Program-made: the position numbers and the translations under genes
The notes under the pieces: model-generated
The model's database searches: none
The model's input: the letters and a program-made list of their open reading frames with translations, nothing else
What the model was told of the DNA's origin: nothing
Source: Promethearchaeota archaeon
GTDB lineage: Archaea > Asgardarchaeota > Thorarchaeia > Thorarchaeales > Thorarchaeaceae
Assembly (NCBI GenBank): GCA_014728035.1
Contig: WJMJ01000059.1
Coordinates: 1 to 64,000, forward strand
DNA: 64,000 nt
Direction: 5' to 3'
In this document: piece by piece, positions 40,040 through 50,675 of the stretch
Layout: the number at the start of each line of letters is the position of its first letter
Position numbering within the stretch: position 1 is the stretch's first letter

Positions 40040-43000
40040 GTGACCGAGCCCGATGCAGACCTACCTCTACCAGAACATAGTATTACTTACAAAGAATACT
40101 TCCACTCACTACAATCTGCAGTTACTGAAATTTACAAGGTAGCTGAGTCTGCGCGAGCAGTGGGATATGACCCTCAAAAAAGAGTAGAAATTCCACCTGC
40201 CCATGATGTTGCAGCTCGCGTGGAGGCAACACTTGAAGGACCAAAAGGAGTCGCAATAAGAATCCGCGAACTACAGGAAACATACTCACGTGAAGAAGTA
40301 GCATTTATTGTTGCTAAAGAAGTAGCTTTGGGAGAGCTTGGTGGGATTGAGGACTCTGAAAAAGCTGCAGATAAAGCGGTACGGGTTGCTCTTTCTATCC
40401 TTACCGAGAGTATCACAGCAGCACCTCTTGAGGGAATTTCAAAAGTTCGAATACGTGGATCTGGAACTGATCAATATCTAGCTCTATATCTTGCTGGTCC
40501 CATAAGAGCTGCTGGAGGAACAGAGGCAGCTGTAACCGTACTTGTCGCTGATCATGTGCGACAAGTATTGCAACTTCCTGCATATCGTGCAAGTGAAGAC
40601 GAAGTCGAGCGTGCTCTTGAAGAAATTGAATTATATGCGCGAAATGCTAATTTACAGTATACTTTGAAACCCGAACATATTCGTTTTGCTGCTTCCAAAT
40701 TACCAATTATGCTTACAGGTGATCCTACTGAACGTTATGAAGTATCAGGTAGTAGAGATTTAGACCGAATTGAATCCAACCGTGTTAGAGGTGGGTCTGT
40801 TCTTGTACTCAATGATGGTGTTGTTGGTCGTGCTGCCAAACTTGCAAAGATTGTAAATCGTGTCAAAATCCCCGGATGGGAGTGGCTTGATGAACTTGCA
40901 GCGAAGGTTTCTAAGGCAAAGACGACAAAAAGTGATGACTCTGAAACCAAAAAGCTAGCTCCAAAACCTGATTATCTTGCAGACGTTATTGGGGGGCGCC
41001 CAGTATTTTCACATCCTAGTAGAGTAGGTGGATTTCGCTTAAGATACGGACGTTCTAGAAATACCGGGCTTGCCGGTGTGGGTACCCACCCCGCAACAAT
41101 GTTTTTGGTTGAAGAATTTCTTGCGCCTGGTACTCATATTAGGACAGAACGTCCTGGAAAGGGATCCATTGTCGCTCCCGTAGATAGTATTGAAGGCCCA
41201 ATTGTATTGTTACGAAATGGTACTGTCCAGCAAGTGAATACAAGTAATGAGGCTCGAGAAATTCAAGGTCAAGTTGAGAGGATATTGTATCTTGGTGATA
41301 TTCTTATTGCACTAGGAGAGTTTCTTGAAAATAATCATCCTCTTGTTCCATCGGGGTATTGTGAAGAATGGTGGTCTCACGACCTTGACCAATTCTGTTC
41401 TAAACTGGATACAAAATCCCTTCAAACGAAATTATCAAAAATGAATCTTACAACAGACCAGATTGACAGATTTATTCAAGAACCTTTGAAATTTATTCCA
41501 ACTGCTCAACAGGCATTAACCATAGCAGAAGAATTGGGTGTTCCTCTTCATCCTCATTATTTGTACCGTTGGCTTTCTCTCACTCCCGAACAGACATTAG
41601 ATTTGAGAGAATGGGTCATCAAAAACCATACAATCGAATCGACTAAAAATGGTGATGTTCTTGTATTACCAAATGACGCAAAATACAAAGAACTTCTAGA
41701 ATTGCTTGGAGCAGAGCATACACTTCAGAAAAAACGCAGTGAAATTCATCTTTCTGATGAACCAATAATTGTTTTTTCTCAACTTGGTGATGTAGATTGT
41801 AGCCCTACTGGCGCTGATTCCCTGGAGCTGGTCAATTCTGTATCTCCTATAGAACTTCGGGACAAGCTTGGGTTTGCAATTGGTGCTAGAATGGGACGTC
41901 CTGAAAAAGCTTTAGCCAGAAAGATGCGTCCGCCTGTACAGTCACTTTTTCCAGTTGGCAGGACAAAATCCAGTGAAAGGCGAATTGAGAAGGTGGCTGA
42001 GTCAACTCAAGCAATTTCTACTTTGGATATGTTTGATGGAAGTGGAGGAGAAACTCCGGTTCATGGTGTAAACGTTGAGATGGTTTCACGAGTATGTCCC
42101 AATTGCGAAACTCACACCTTTGAGAGCTTTTGTCCGGAATGTAAAATTCACACAGAGCTTCAAAGATACTGTTCCCATGAAGAATGTGGCCTTCCCATTG
42201 ACGAATCTACTGGCTTCTGCCCCCGAAGTCACGATGTTAATCTTATTCGTGATACTCGTGACTATCAGCTTGATTTGTCCACTCTTTTAGATCGTGTTAA
42301 ACATGAAATTGAAGAACCTCATACCCATGGAATTAGAGGTGTATTAGGGCTAACCAGTGGCTTGAAGATACCTGAGTATCTTGGAAAAGGTATACTCCGT
42401 GCTAAGCATGACGTATACTGTTATCGTGATGGCACTGCGCGATTTGATGCTACCGATGCCCCTCTTACTCATTTCATTCCTCGAGAAATTGGGGTGTCTA
42501 TCCAAAAATTGAATCAGATTGGGTATAAAGTAGACATTGAAGGGAACCCTCTGGTTTCCGATGACCAAATAGTGGAATTGAAGGTCCAAGATATTATTGT
42601 TCCAGAGAATTGTGCTGACTATTTGATTCGTGTAGGCAAATTTGTGGATGATTGTCTTGAAAAGATCTATGGGATGAACAGATTCTATAATTTCTCAACT
42701 CAAACGGATATTGTCGGACAACTTGTCATTGGTCTTGCTCCTCATACATCAGCTGGCATAATTGGTAGAATTGTAGGTTTCACAAATGCAAGTCTATGTT
42801 ATGCTCATCCATATTGGCATGCTGCTAAACGGCGGAATTGTCTTGTTGGACATGAAGAAGTAGTGCTTCTTGACGATTTAGGAATTGTGCATACAAAACC
42901 TATTTCCAGTCTTGAGGGAGAGAATCTCAGCAAATTCAAGTTGCTTTCTATTGACGAAAAAGGTCGAATTTTGCCTCAACCAATCCAAGAGCTAGTTAAG

Positions 43001-44980
43001 CTACCTGCTCCAGAACTTCTTTATCGTATTCGGACCGAAACGGGGCGAGAAATGACCGTTACACCTGATCATAAAATGGTACGAAAAACTGATACTGGCA
43101 TTGAGTTTGTTGAAACCGAGCAGCTCTCGCCTGATGATATTCTTCTATCATTGAAAGACATGCCTTCTATAGAAAAACTCAAACACATTGATCTCATTGA
43201 ATACTATGCCAAAACCGATGCCGTATCCGACATGAGAATCCATGGTGTCAAAGAAATCCTACATTTGGAAATTGGAAGGTGGAATAGTTTTCCCGTTTCT
43301 ACAGATTCTTTATCGCTTGATATTTCATCCACCGTTCTTTGGGAATATATTTGCAAAGATTCAATCCCTCTTGATATATTTCTAGATTTACTTTCCCGTG
43401 AGAATTTGAATGTTGATTACTCCCAGCTAACAATAAGCTATAGAGAATCTACTAATCATATTCCAGTCCTTCTTGACTTGGACCGAGAGCTGGGTGAGCT
43501 TGCTGGGTTGTACCTATCTACTGGGTTTTCGTGTATTGATCTGTCTAGAGATAAAACGGATTACTCATATCGGACGATTTGGAATACATTGGAATCCGAG
43601 ATTGCAAAACAAATTGAATCCCATTGTAAATCTATTTTCGGTGTATCTCCTTCGATTGAAGAGAATGCTGATGGCAAGTACAGACTCACTATTAATGGAA
43701 AAGTATTCATGGAATTGTTCAGAGATATCCTTGGTCTTGGTAGTGATAATTGCGAACAAAGAGCTGACAGATGTATTTGCTTTTCAACTGAATTTCAAAA
43801 AGGACTCGTGAGTGTTTTGCTTGAAAACACCACGGCTATCAGCAATTCTGCAATAATAACTTCGGAAAATAGAAATCTACTGAATCATCTTGGACTCATT
43901 CTAATTCAATTTGGTATTTTTCCACATTATACAACTTTAACACGACCAACAGACGGTTGCGATAAGTTGCAAACATTTTATTCTCTTCAAATTTCTTCTG
44001 ATGACTTTGAATACTTAGAAGACATTCTATTCTCTGACTGCTCAGATCAAGTTGCAAAAAATTCAGCCTCCTGTGTTATCGAGAAAAAACAATACAGCGA
44101 GTTTGGGGACTTCTATGAAGTAGCAATAACTGAGATTGAAGTGATTAATAATCATTCTGAAGATTTTGTTTACGATTTCGTTATTGATGGTGAAAACAAA
44201 ACTTTCATCGGGGGTTTTGGTTCTCTTGCCACATATGATTGTGATGGGGATGAAGACGCTGTCATCTTGGTTATGGATGCACTGTTGAATTTTTCCAAGT
44301 CCTATCTCCCAGCTGGAAGAGGGGGTTTTATGGATGCACCGCTTGTTCTATCAGTAATTCTAAATCCCAATGAAGTTGATGATGAAGCACATAACATTGA
44401 GGTTTGCAGTCGCTATCCTGCAGAATTCTATAATCTTGTTTCTGAAGCTAAACATCCTAAAGCTGTGCAAAATCTTGTTGATATTATTGAGAACCGACTT
44501 AACTCTCCAATTCAGTATGAAGGATTCATGTATACTCACGGAACGACCTCTTTTGATGCAGGACCACGAAATACACGTTACAAAGTTCTAGGAAGTATGG
44601 TTGAAAAACTTGATGCGCAGCTACGATTGGCTAAATTGATTCGTGCTGTAGATGAACAGGATGTTGCTGCCCGTGTTCTCTCAAATCATTTCTTACGAGA
44701 TATCCGTGGGAATCTTAGAGCATATTCGACTCAAAAAATCCAGTGCCTGAAATGTCATCGAGTATATCGGCGAATTCCTCTATCTGGTCTTTGTAGATGC
44801 GGAGCTTCATTGTCACTTACAGTAAGAAAGAAGAATATATCCAAGTATCTTGAGGTTGCTGAGCGGATGATCGAGGAGCATGGATTGAGTGACTATCTTA
44901 GACAACGAATCCGCTTGGTAAATTCAGCTCTTGAATCCTTATTCTTCTCAGAGCAGACCGCATTGACAGATTATTTCTAA
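40040..44980 (+). CDS. polC: DNA polymerase D large subunit DP2, intein-containing
   Basis: AGPIRAAGGT, GRPVF, RYGRSRNTG, RMGRPEK, DGTARFD, HAAKRRN/CDGDED, C-terminal PIP box QTALTDYF. Confidence 0.97.
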   Translation: MTEPDADLPLPEHSITYKEYFHSLQSAVTEIYKVAESARAVGYDPQKRVEIPPAHDVAARVEATLEGPKGVAIRIRELQETYSREEVAFIVAKEVALGELGGIEDSEKAADKAVRVALSILTESITAAPLEGISKVRIRGSGTDQYLALYLAGPIRAAGGTEAAVTVLVADHVRQVLQLPAYRASEDEVERALEEIELYARNANLQYTLKPEHIRFAASKLPIMLTGDPTERYEVSGSRDLDRIESNRVRGGSVLVLNDGVVGRAAKLAKIVNRVKIPGWEWLDELAAKVSKAKTTKSDDSETKKLAPKPDYLADVIGGRPVFSHPSRVGGFRLRYGRSRNTGLAGVGTHPATMFLVEEFLAPGTHIRTERPGKGSIVAPVDSIEGPIVLLRNGTVQQVNTSNEAREIQGQVERILYLGDILIALGEFLENNHPLVPSGYCEEWWSHDLDQFCSKLDTKSLQTKLSKMNLTTDQIDRFIQEPLKFIPTAQQALTIAEELGVPLHPHYLYRWLSLTPEQTLDLREWVIKNHTIESTKNGDVLVLPNDAKYKELLELLGAEHTLQKKRSEIHLSDEPIIVFSQLGDVDCSPTGADSLELVNSVSPIELRDKLGFAIGARMGRPEKALARKMRPPVQSLFPVGRTKSSERRIEKVAESTQAISTLDMFDGSGGETPVHGVNVEMVSRVCPNCETHTFESFCPECKIHTELQRYCSHEECGLPIDESTGFCPRSHDVNLIRDTRDYQLDLSTLLDRVKHEIEEPHTHGIRGVLGLTSGLKIPEYLGKGILRAKHDVYCYRDGTARFDATDAPLTHFIPREIGVSIQKLNQIGYKVDIEGNPLVSDDQIVELKVQDIIVPENCADYLIRVGKFVDDCLEKIYGMNRFYNFSTQTDIVGQLVIGLAPHTSAGIIGRIVGFTNASLCYAHPYWHAAKRRNCLVGHEEVVLLDDLGIVHTKPISSLEGENLSKFKLLSIDEKGRILPQPIQELVKLPAPELLYRIRTETGREMTVTPDHKMVRKTDTGIEFVETEQLSPDDILLSLKDMPSIEKLKHIDLIEYYAKTDAVSDMRIHGVKEILHLEIGRWNSFPVSTDSLSLDISSTVLWEYICKDSIPLDIFLDLLSRENLNVDYSQLTISYRESTNHIPVLLDLDRELGELAGLYLSTGFSCIDLSRDKTDYSYRTIWNTLESEIAKQIESHCKSIFGVSPSIEENADGKYRLTINGKVFMELFRDILGLGSDNCEQRADRCICFSTEFQKGLVSVLLENTTAISNSAIITSENRNLLNHLGLILIQFGIFPHYTTLTRPTDGCDKLQTFYSLQISSDDFEYLEDILFSDCSDQVAKNSASCVIEKKQYSEFGDFYEVAITEIEVINNHSEDFVYDFVIDGENKTFIGGFGSLATYDCDGDEDAVILVMDALLNFSKSYLPAGRGGFMDAPLVLSVILNPNEVDDEAHNIEVCSRYPAEFYNLVSEAKHPKAVQNLVDIIENRLNSPIQYEGFMYTHGTTSFDAGPRNTRYKVLGSMVEKLDAQLRLAKLIRAVDEQDVAARVLSNHFLRDIRGNLRAYSTQKIQCLKCHRVYRRIPLSGLCRCGASLSLTVRKKNISKYLEVAERMIEEHGLSDYLRQRIRLVNSALESLFFSEQTALTDYF
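42839..44239 (+). mobile_element. 467-aa intein in DP2 with degenerate LAGLIDADG endonuclease
   Basis: Inserted between KRRN and CDGDED; starts CLVGHE; block B TPDH; LAGLYLSTG; block F VYDF; ends ATYD before +1 Cys. Confidence 0.92.
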
Positions 44981-44983
44981 TAT

Positions 44984-45832
44984 TCATAAATGTTCTACAG
45001 CAAGTCTAAGAAGTTCTCTATCTTCAATCATTCCAATCAGATGTCCTGTAGCAGACATTACTGGTGCTTGATCTATATCGTTCTTTCTAAGTACTCTGAC
45101 ACATTCAGCAAGTGAAGTTACTTCACTCACATTGATGATATTCTTGGTCATTACTTCTTTTACTGGAACATTGGGTAACTTGAGAAGTCTTTTTGTTACA
45201 ATCAAAAAGTCCTTTGAAGTCCAGCCCCATTCGACTGCACTCTCAGTACCACTGTGTGTTGCAGATACACTGTCTTCAACTGTGACTTCAGAAAGCTGAA
45301 TGTAATCACTTACAGAAATCATTCCGGTAATTCCGCCGCTTGCATTTAATACAACTATCGCATTTTTGTTTGCCATCTCCATTATCAAATAGGTCAGTGG
45401 AAGAGGAGTTTCTTCCCAAGTTGACGTGATTTCCTTTGAAACATATGGACTAACATCTCTCTCTTTGAATTCTTCATTCTGAAGTACTGCCCCCAAGATA
45501 TCTGGTATTGTTATCATTCCTACTAGCTCTTCATCATCAATCACAGGTAATCTCCGAAAGTTCTGTTCGAGCATGGTTTTAGCTGCTGTTTTCAACATGG
45601 TTCTGGGAGTCACCGTTTCAGGATCCCTAACCATCAAAAGTGCTAATTGATTTTCATCTGCTTTTCGCAACAAATCCGTCCTTGTAACTATTCCCACAAG
45701 TTTTTTTGACCCTTTTTTGACTACTGGTAATCCATTAATCTGTTTTTCAGCCATGATTTGTAGGACATCTTCTCTTGTTCCTGGGACTGCGACATAAACC
45801 ACATCAGATTGCATAAATTCGGATACCTTCAC
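44984..45832 (-). CDS. Four-CBS-domain protein
   Basis: Repeated LPV....LVG.(V/I)T..D.L CBS units. Confidence 0.9.
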   Translation of the reverse strand: MKVSEFMQSDVVYVAVPGTREDVLQIMAEKQINGLPVVKKGSKKLVGIVTRTDLLRKADENQLALLMVRDPETVTPRTMLKTAAKTMLEQNFRRLPVIDDEELVGMITIPDILGAVLQNEEFKERDVSPYVSKEITSTWEETPLPLTYLIMEMANKNAIVVLNASGGITGMISVSDYIQLSEVTVEDSVSATHSGTESAVEWGWTSKDFLIVTKRLLKLPNVPVKEVMTKNIINVSEVTSLAECVRVLRKNDIDQAPVMSATGHLIGMIEDRELLRLAVEHL

Positions 45833-45959
45833 TGTTTTGTTCCACTCCAGTATGCTCTATGACTACTCTCTCCAGCAAACACATCTGAAACTGATTCGTT
45901 TCAGACAGAACAAGAATAGGAACTTATTGAACCTTTTATGTGTACCGTTCCGATTTTCA

Positions 45960-46520
45960 TTACCAAGGATGTTTCTTTAGTCCAAGTAGATATCCCAACG
46001 CATTGCTAATCCAATGGATTGCAAGTGTGAAGGAAACTAATATCATGACATAGATTGGAGCTGGTTGGATAATTGGACTGGCAAAAAGCAAAGCAAGTAT
46101 GATGAATCCTAGCTGATCCATTACAGGAGATGGATTTCCACTCTTGATATCTATCCTCCTTTTCAAAAAGGAACCAATCAGGTCTCCGGTCAAAGCTCCA
46201 ATTGACATCAAAACTGCGATGGGAATCGTCATAAAGAGGACTGTTTCCATGTCACTTGTTATTAGTACAAATTCACTTAGAACATCCGGAATCAGTGGTG
46301 CAACAAAACTTTGGGCAGTACCTGCCAATGTACCAAATATCACACCCACAACAAAACCTCTGATGGTTTTGCCATCACCTAGAATTCTATGTCCATCTCT
46401 TAGCACCCTACCTCCATCGATGGGTGGTCCACCTCCAAGTAATACTGGTGTTGCATTAGCTATCCATGCTGGAAGTCCGAACCATAGTGATAACTCTATC
46501 AATGCGATTATTTCGTACAT
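45960..46520 (-). CDS. carS: CDP-archaeol synthase
   Basis: PAWIANATPV, PIDGG, GDGKTIRG, GDLIGSFLKRR, DQL, LGLKKHPW. Confidence 0.93.
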   Translation of the reverse strand: MYEIIALIELSLWFGLPAWIANATPVLLGGGPPIDGGRVLRDGHRILGDGKTIRGFVVGVIFGTLAGTAQSFVAPLIPDVLSEFVLITSDMETVLFMTIPIAVLMSIGALTGDLIGSFLKRRIDIKSGNPSPVMDQLGFIILALLFASPIIQPAPIYVMILVSFTLAIHWISNALGYLLGLKKHPW

Positions 46521-46529
46521 GATGGAACC

Positions 46530-47234
46530 CTACCTTGCAGATTCGTGTTGGTCTTTATCTTCTGGATGTGTACTAAGACCTTTCGGCGTAAGATATAGCA
46601 CCTGTGGACTAGGACCACCTTCCGGATGAACTAGTTCGAGAAGGCGTTCCCCTCTTTTAACTCTTAAGTCCATCTTTACAACAAAATCACTCCAATATTC
46701 CATGATATTATCAGCCACTGGTTCAAACTCATCAGAACTATCAATTGCAGCACGAACTTGATTTAACAGAAGAATTGCAACATCTTTTCTCCTTGCTAAC
46801 CCCTTCAGCAAGCCGGACTGTCTGTTAAGTTCTCTGTGGGCAGCATATGTTGTTCTCTTGTCTCCCAAGGAATTTCTGTAGAGTTTTGTGAATGTGTCAA
46901 TTACTATTAGTTTTGTTTCAGGTCTTAGGTATAGTTGTAAGTCTTCAATGAGAATCCCTTGTTCAGTGAATTTTTTTGGTATCATTATCTGTATTGATTG
47001 TTCAAATGTATCATATTTTCTCCCCATTATTTGCTCCAATCTCTCAATTGGTGAACTACTTTCCGTATTGATGTAAATTGTATGGAAGCCAAGATTTATT
47101 GTAGCATAAACGAATTGCAATGCAAGTGTTGTTTTTCCTGAAGCTGCTTTCCCATATACCTGTGTGAAACACCCTGTAGCGATACCTCCTTCTAGAGCCC
47201 GGTCAATTTTGAAAATACCTGATGGAATTATCAC
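46530..47234 (-). CDS. radB: RadB-like RecA/Rad51 paralog
   Basis: IPSG...DRALEGG, YGKAASGKTT, INTE, LIVIDT, NQV; lacks the N-terminal domain. Confidence 0.8.
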   Translation of the reverse strand: MIIPSGIFKIDRALEGGIATGCFTQVYGKAASGKTTLALQFVYATINLGFHTIYINTESSSPIERLEQIMGRKYDTFEQSIQIMIPKKFTEQGILIEDLQLYLRPETKLIVIDTFTKLYRNSLGDKRTTYAAHRELNRQSGLLKGLARRKDVAILLLNQVRAAIDSSDEFEPVADNIMEYWSDFVVKMDLRVKRGERLLELVHPEGGPSPQVLYLTPKGLSTHPEDKDQHESAR

Positions 47235-47338
47235 TTTTCGTCACATCTATTTTGAATTTGTTACCAAACAAGTGATAAGGATAGCTAATTTGGATACTAT
47301 CACTTAAAATCGGTATCTTTGATTTAGAAGGGATATCT

Positions 47339-48103
47339 TTGGTAAAATACAGAGTTGCAATCGCTACAAGAGATCCACGTACTCTCTATCATGCAATTCG
47401 TCTTATGGAATCATTAGAAATTCCGTTTGTCATCTGTGAACCTGAAGATGTTAAGTGTTCCCTTGCAAGAGTAGTAATCACTTCGAAAGATGATGCTGAT
47501 AAAATTAATTCTACTCGTCTTCTTATTCTTAATGAGGAATTTGATTTTACATCCATTACCTTTGATTTTATGAAAGAGTTTTATCAGCTGAACAAGCCAG
47601 TTTCTTTAACCATTGGTATTGATCCAGGCATGCGGTACGGCTTAGCTTTGCTTCTAGATGACAATCCGATTCTTACCCAGGAAGCCGATTCTCCTTTTGG
47701 AGCTGCTAAACTAACAAGTGAATGGATTGCCCTTGCTAGTGATAGATTGCCTCTTGACCCCCTAATACGGGTGGGAGATGGCTCTAGATTGTATATGGCA
47801 CTGTATTTGAGAGCTCTTCGTGAAATAACTTCCTATCCGATGATAGAACTAGTGGACGAACATCATACTACTATGAAGGGGGGGTCAAACAAATCATCTG
47901 CCGTACTAATTGCAACCCGTTCTGGCAGAAATATTACCGAGTCCGATTATCTTCTGGACTCAAAGACTGGGTATATCAAGTCTCTAAAAAAACTAATTCG
48001 AAGATTGAATGATGGGAAACATAAACTCTCTACCCACGAAGCAATTGCAATATTATCTGGTAACAGATCTGTTCAGGATTTCATTAAATCTGAGGTCTTG
48101 TGA
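47339..48103 (+). CDS. Hypothetical protein with RNase H-fold (YqgF/RuvC-like) domain
   Basis: TIGIDPG, RVGDG, LVDEHHTT, SAVLIA. Confidence 0.6.
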   Translation: MVKYRVAIATRDPRTLYHAIRLMESLEIPFVICEPEDVKCSLARVVITSKDDADKINSTRLLILNEEFDFTSITFDFMKEFYQLNKPVSLTIGIDPGMRYGLALLLDDNPILTQEADSPFGAAKLTSEWIALASDRLPLDPLIRVGDGSRLYMALYLRALREITSYPMIELVDEHHTTMKGGSNKSSAVLIATRSGRNITESDYLLDSKTGYIKSLKKLIRRLNDGKHKLSTHEAIAILSGNRSVQDFIKSEVL

Positions 48104-50030
48104 AGAATGCATCTAGTTGTTCAGCTATGATTGATGGATTATCTGGTACTATTTGGGTTATTTCTGTTAACCATGACGGCAAAAATCGTTTCAAATATGG
48201 TGTGCCAAAACGTTGATCTAACATGATTATTGCCCCTCTGTCATCAAGTTTCCTTACTGGTCGTCCAGCAGCTTGAATCGCTCTTGTCATTGCTGGGAGT
48301 ACATATGCATAATCCCTTCCTCTTCCGTTGAATCGCACATCAAAATAGTCAATCAATGCTTGAATTCGGGGAGTAGGTCTTGCGTATGGCACCCCAACAA
48401 CAACTACACTCTCCATATCACTGCCTGGGAAATCTCCACCCTCTGAGTTCCTTCCACCTTGAACTCCCAACAAAACGGCTCCCTGATTTTCTCCGTGTCT
48501 TTTGAAAGCTTCTACTAATTCGTCATTTTCGCTTCCTTTCATACCCTGTTTCTCTAAGAACAATGGCTTCTTGAGCTTTTCACTGAGCCCCGCATTGATG
48601 AGGGATTGTGCGATGTAGTAGCTTGTTGTAAAAATACCTGTATTACTAGGAGTGGCATGCGCCACGGCTACACAATGGTCTACCATTCGACTGAAAAGTC
48701 CTCTACTCCGGTTCTTATATGATGTGTCAATTCCATCTATAATGAAACAGAGACGGTTTTGTCGAGCAAATGGACTCTTGAAGACCTGATTGATGGATTG
48801 GCCTGAGAACCCTAACATCTCTGAATACGCATAGATGGGAGAAATAGTACCTGAAACGGCAACTGAGCTATGAATCATTTTCAGTACATTTCCTGTTATT
48901 GTAGTCGGGTCCAAAGCTACAATTTCCAAAGCTACTCTTTTTGCCCTCCTTCCATAAACCATAGAACTCAGAATGAATGTATAGTCCTCTCTTTTTGATA
49001 GATGTATCCATCTTTGTAGAAATGTTGCAACTTTGAAAATAGCAGAGCGTGGAAACTTTCCTGCTTTTAATTGGCTCTTTCGAATCTTCTTTCCGAGGTC
49101 TTCCATATGATGGAGCGGCATCACCTCTTCGTCTATCTCTGACGTTTTCAAAGCTGACTCGTAGATTCCATTTGGACTGACTACTTTTTCATCTTCATCA
49201 GACAAATCCACCGAATTATCCAAAATAGTTTCTGCTAAACCTTTGCAGAATTTCTGGGTAATCTTATCATGATAGCTTGCAGCTTCTCGCATTGCTTGTC
49301 GAATTGTTCCCATTGTCAATGCATCACTGGCCGAGTCTAAAGCAGTGGTGGGTACATTGTGTGCTTCATCTTGTACAAGAATAACTCGTTTCATTGCGGT
49401 ATCAATTTCAGGCATGAATGATTCAAGTATGAATGGGTCAAATACATAAAGATATGACAACGCAACAACATCAACAACTTTCACAAGCTTCTTGGCCATC
49501 TCATAGGGACACATTCCTCTTGCTCGTGCTACATTCACGATCTCTATTGCAGTAAACACCCTCTTAGGTAGGTTTTCAAGAAGTTGTTCTGGGTCCTTTA
49601 TTTTTTGTAGATTTTCATAGTACGGACATCTTCCATTGGTCTTAAGCTCACCACAAACCTCACTGACACTTGCTACATAGTCTGCATTCTCTAGAACGAA
49701 CTCATTAAGGCACATATGGCTTCGTCCACGAAATGATATTCCAGAAACTTCCGTATTTCTCTCTGAAATAACATTGAGCTCCTCTACAACCCTGTCCAAT
49801 TGTCTGTGAGTTCTTGCGCAGTAGAGAATTTTACCTTGGTTTTCTTTAATCCATGGCAGTGTCCCACATAAGGTTGTACAGGTTTTTCCAAATCCGTTCG
49901 GTGCTTCAATACAGATATCTTTTCCATCACGAACTGCTTCCTCAATTACGCCCATCATTTCTTTTTGTCCTTCTCTTGAAGATGGATACGGGAAAAAATC
50001 CTCGTGCCTTGGTGAATGTGATGATTTCAT
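48084..50030 (-). CDS. xpd: XPD/Rad3 FeS helicase
   Basis: FPY..R.GQ, EAPNGFGKT, RTHRQ, FeS cysteines, DEAHN, SGT, QAAGRPVR. Confidence 0.93.
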   Translation of the reverse strand: MKSSHSPRHEDFFPYPSSREGQKEMMGVIEEAVRDGKDICIEAPNGFGKTCTTLCGTLPWIKENQGKILYCARTHRQLDRVVEELNVISERNTEVSGISFRGRSHMCLNEFVLENADYVASVSEVCGELKTNGRCPYYENLQKIKDPEQLLENLPKRVFTAIEIVNVARARGMCPYEMAKKLVKVVDVVALSYLYVFDPFILESFMPEIDTAMKRVILVQDEAHNVPTTALDSASDALTMGTIRQAMREAASYHDKITQKFCKGLAETILDNSVDLSDEDEKVVSPNGIYESALKTSEIDEEVMPLHHMEDLGKKIRKSQLKAGKFPRSAIFKVATFLQRWIHLSKREDYTFILSSMVYGRRAKRVALEIVALDPTTITGNVLKMIHSSVAVSGTISPIYAYSEMLGFSGQSINQVFKSPFARQNRLCFIIDGIDTSYKNRSRGLFSRMVDHCVAVAHATPSNTGIFTTSYYIAQSLINAGLSEKLKKPLFLEKQGMKGSENDELVEAFKRHGENQGAVLLGVQGGRNSEGGDFPGSDMESVVVVGVPYARPTPRIQALIDYFDVRFNGRGRDYAYVLPAMTRAIQAAGRPVRKLDDRGAIIMLDQRFGTPYLKRFLPSWLTEITQIVPDNPSIIAEQLDAFFTRPQI

Positions 50031-50132
50031 GATATATGACTCACAATTTTGACTTGAAATTGTCTTGATAACCCTGTTGTTATCAAGTCGGTATACATTT
50101 AACATGCACCATTTTTCCTAATGTGAGTTTAA

Positions 50133-50477
50133 ATGACAAAAGAAGAAATCAACGATATTTCTGTTGAGATTTCTAGTGGAACACTCTATATCAGAATCAT
50201 GGACCTGGAAAATGGAATGCTGATATTACTTTCCGATTCTTTGAAATTTCGATTAGGCGTTTCCGTCATTGCGATGCCAGGCACGGATGTACATCGCAGA
50301 CCATTATCTCGAGGGATTTTTGCTTATGATGGGAATACTTCCCTTCTTCGCAGTCTCTCTGAGCAAATAGCAAGGCTTTCTGGACGTTCTTGTATGCTGG
50401 TATCTTCAGTTAAAGAATTAGACCAAGCAAAGCTGATAGAGATAATGGCTGTATTCAAAGGGATTTTATTGTCCTGA
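50133..50477 (+). CDS. Hypothetical protein, possibly proteasome assembly chaperone (PAC3/4)-like
   Basis: MDLENG.LILLS...RLG...IAMP...LSEQIAR pattern; weak. Confidence 0.45.
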   Translation: MTKEEINDISVEISSGTLYIRIMDLENGMLILLSDSLKFRLGVSVIAMPGTDVHRRPLSRGIFAYDGNTSLLRSLSEQIARLSGRSCMLVSSVKELDQAKLIEIMAVFKGILLS

Positions 50478-50673
50478 AGTACTCGATTAATTCTTTGACC
50501 CACTTTCCTGTTTCTTTTCTTTCTTCAACCTCAATAAGATATTCTATCCAGCTAATTGGTAGTGCTTTTTTCCATTCCTCGTAAGAACTATACAGATTCG
50601 AATTTGCTTCATCGTGGTATTTGCAGTATTCACCATTTTCTATGATAGGTCGTCCACAAACAGGGCAATCCAA
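50455..50673 (-). CDS. Small zinc-finger protein downstream of topA
   Basis: CPVC...YCKYH; ETGKWVKE. Confidence 0.7.
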   Translation of the reverse strand: MDCPVCGRPIIENGEYCKYHDEANSNLYSSYEEWKKALPISWIEYLIEVEERKETGKWVKELIEYFRTIKSL

Positions 50674-50675
50674 TC

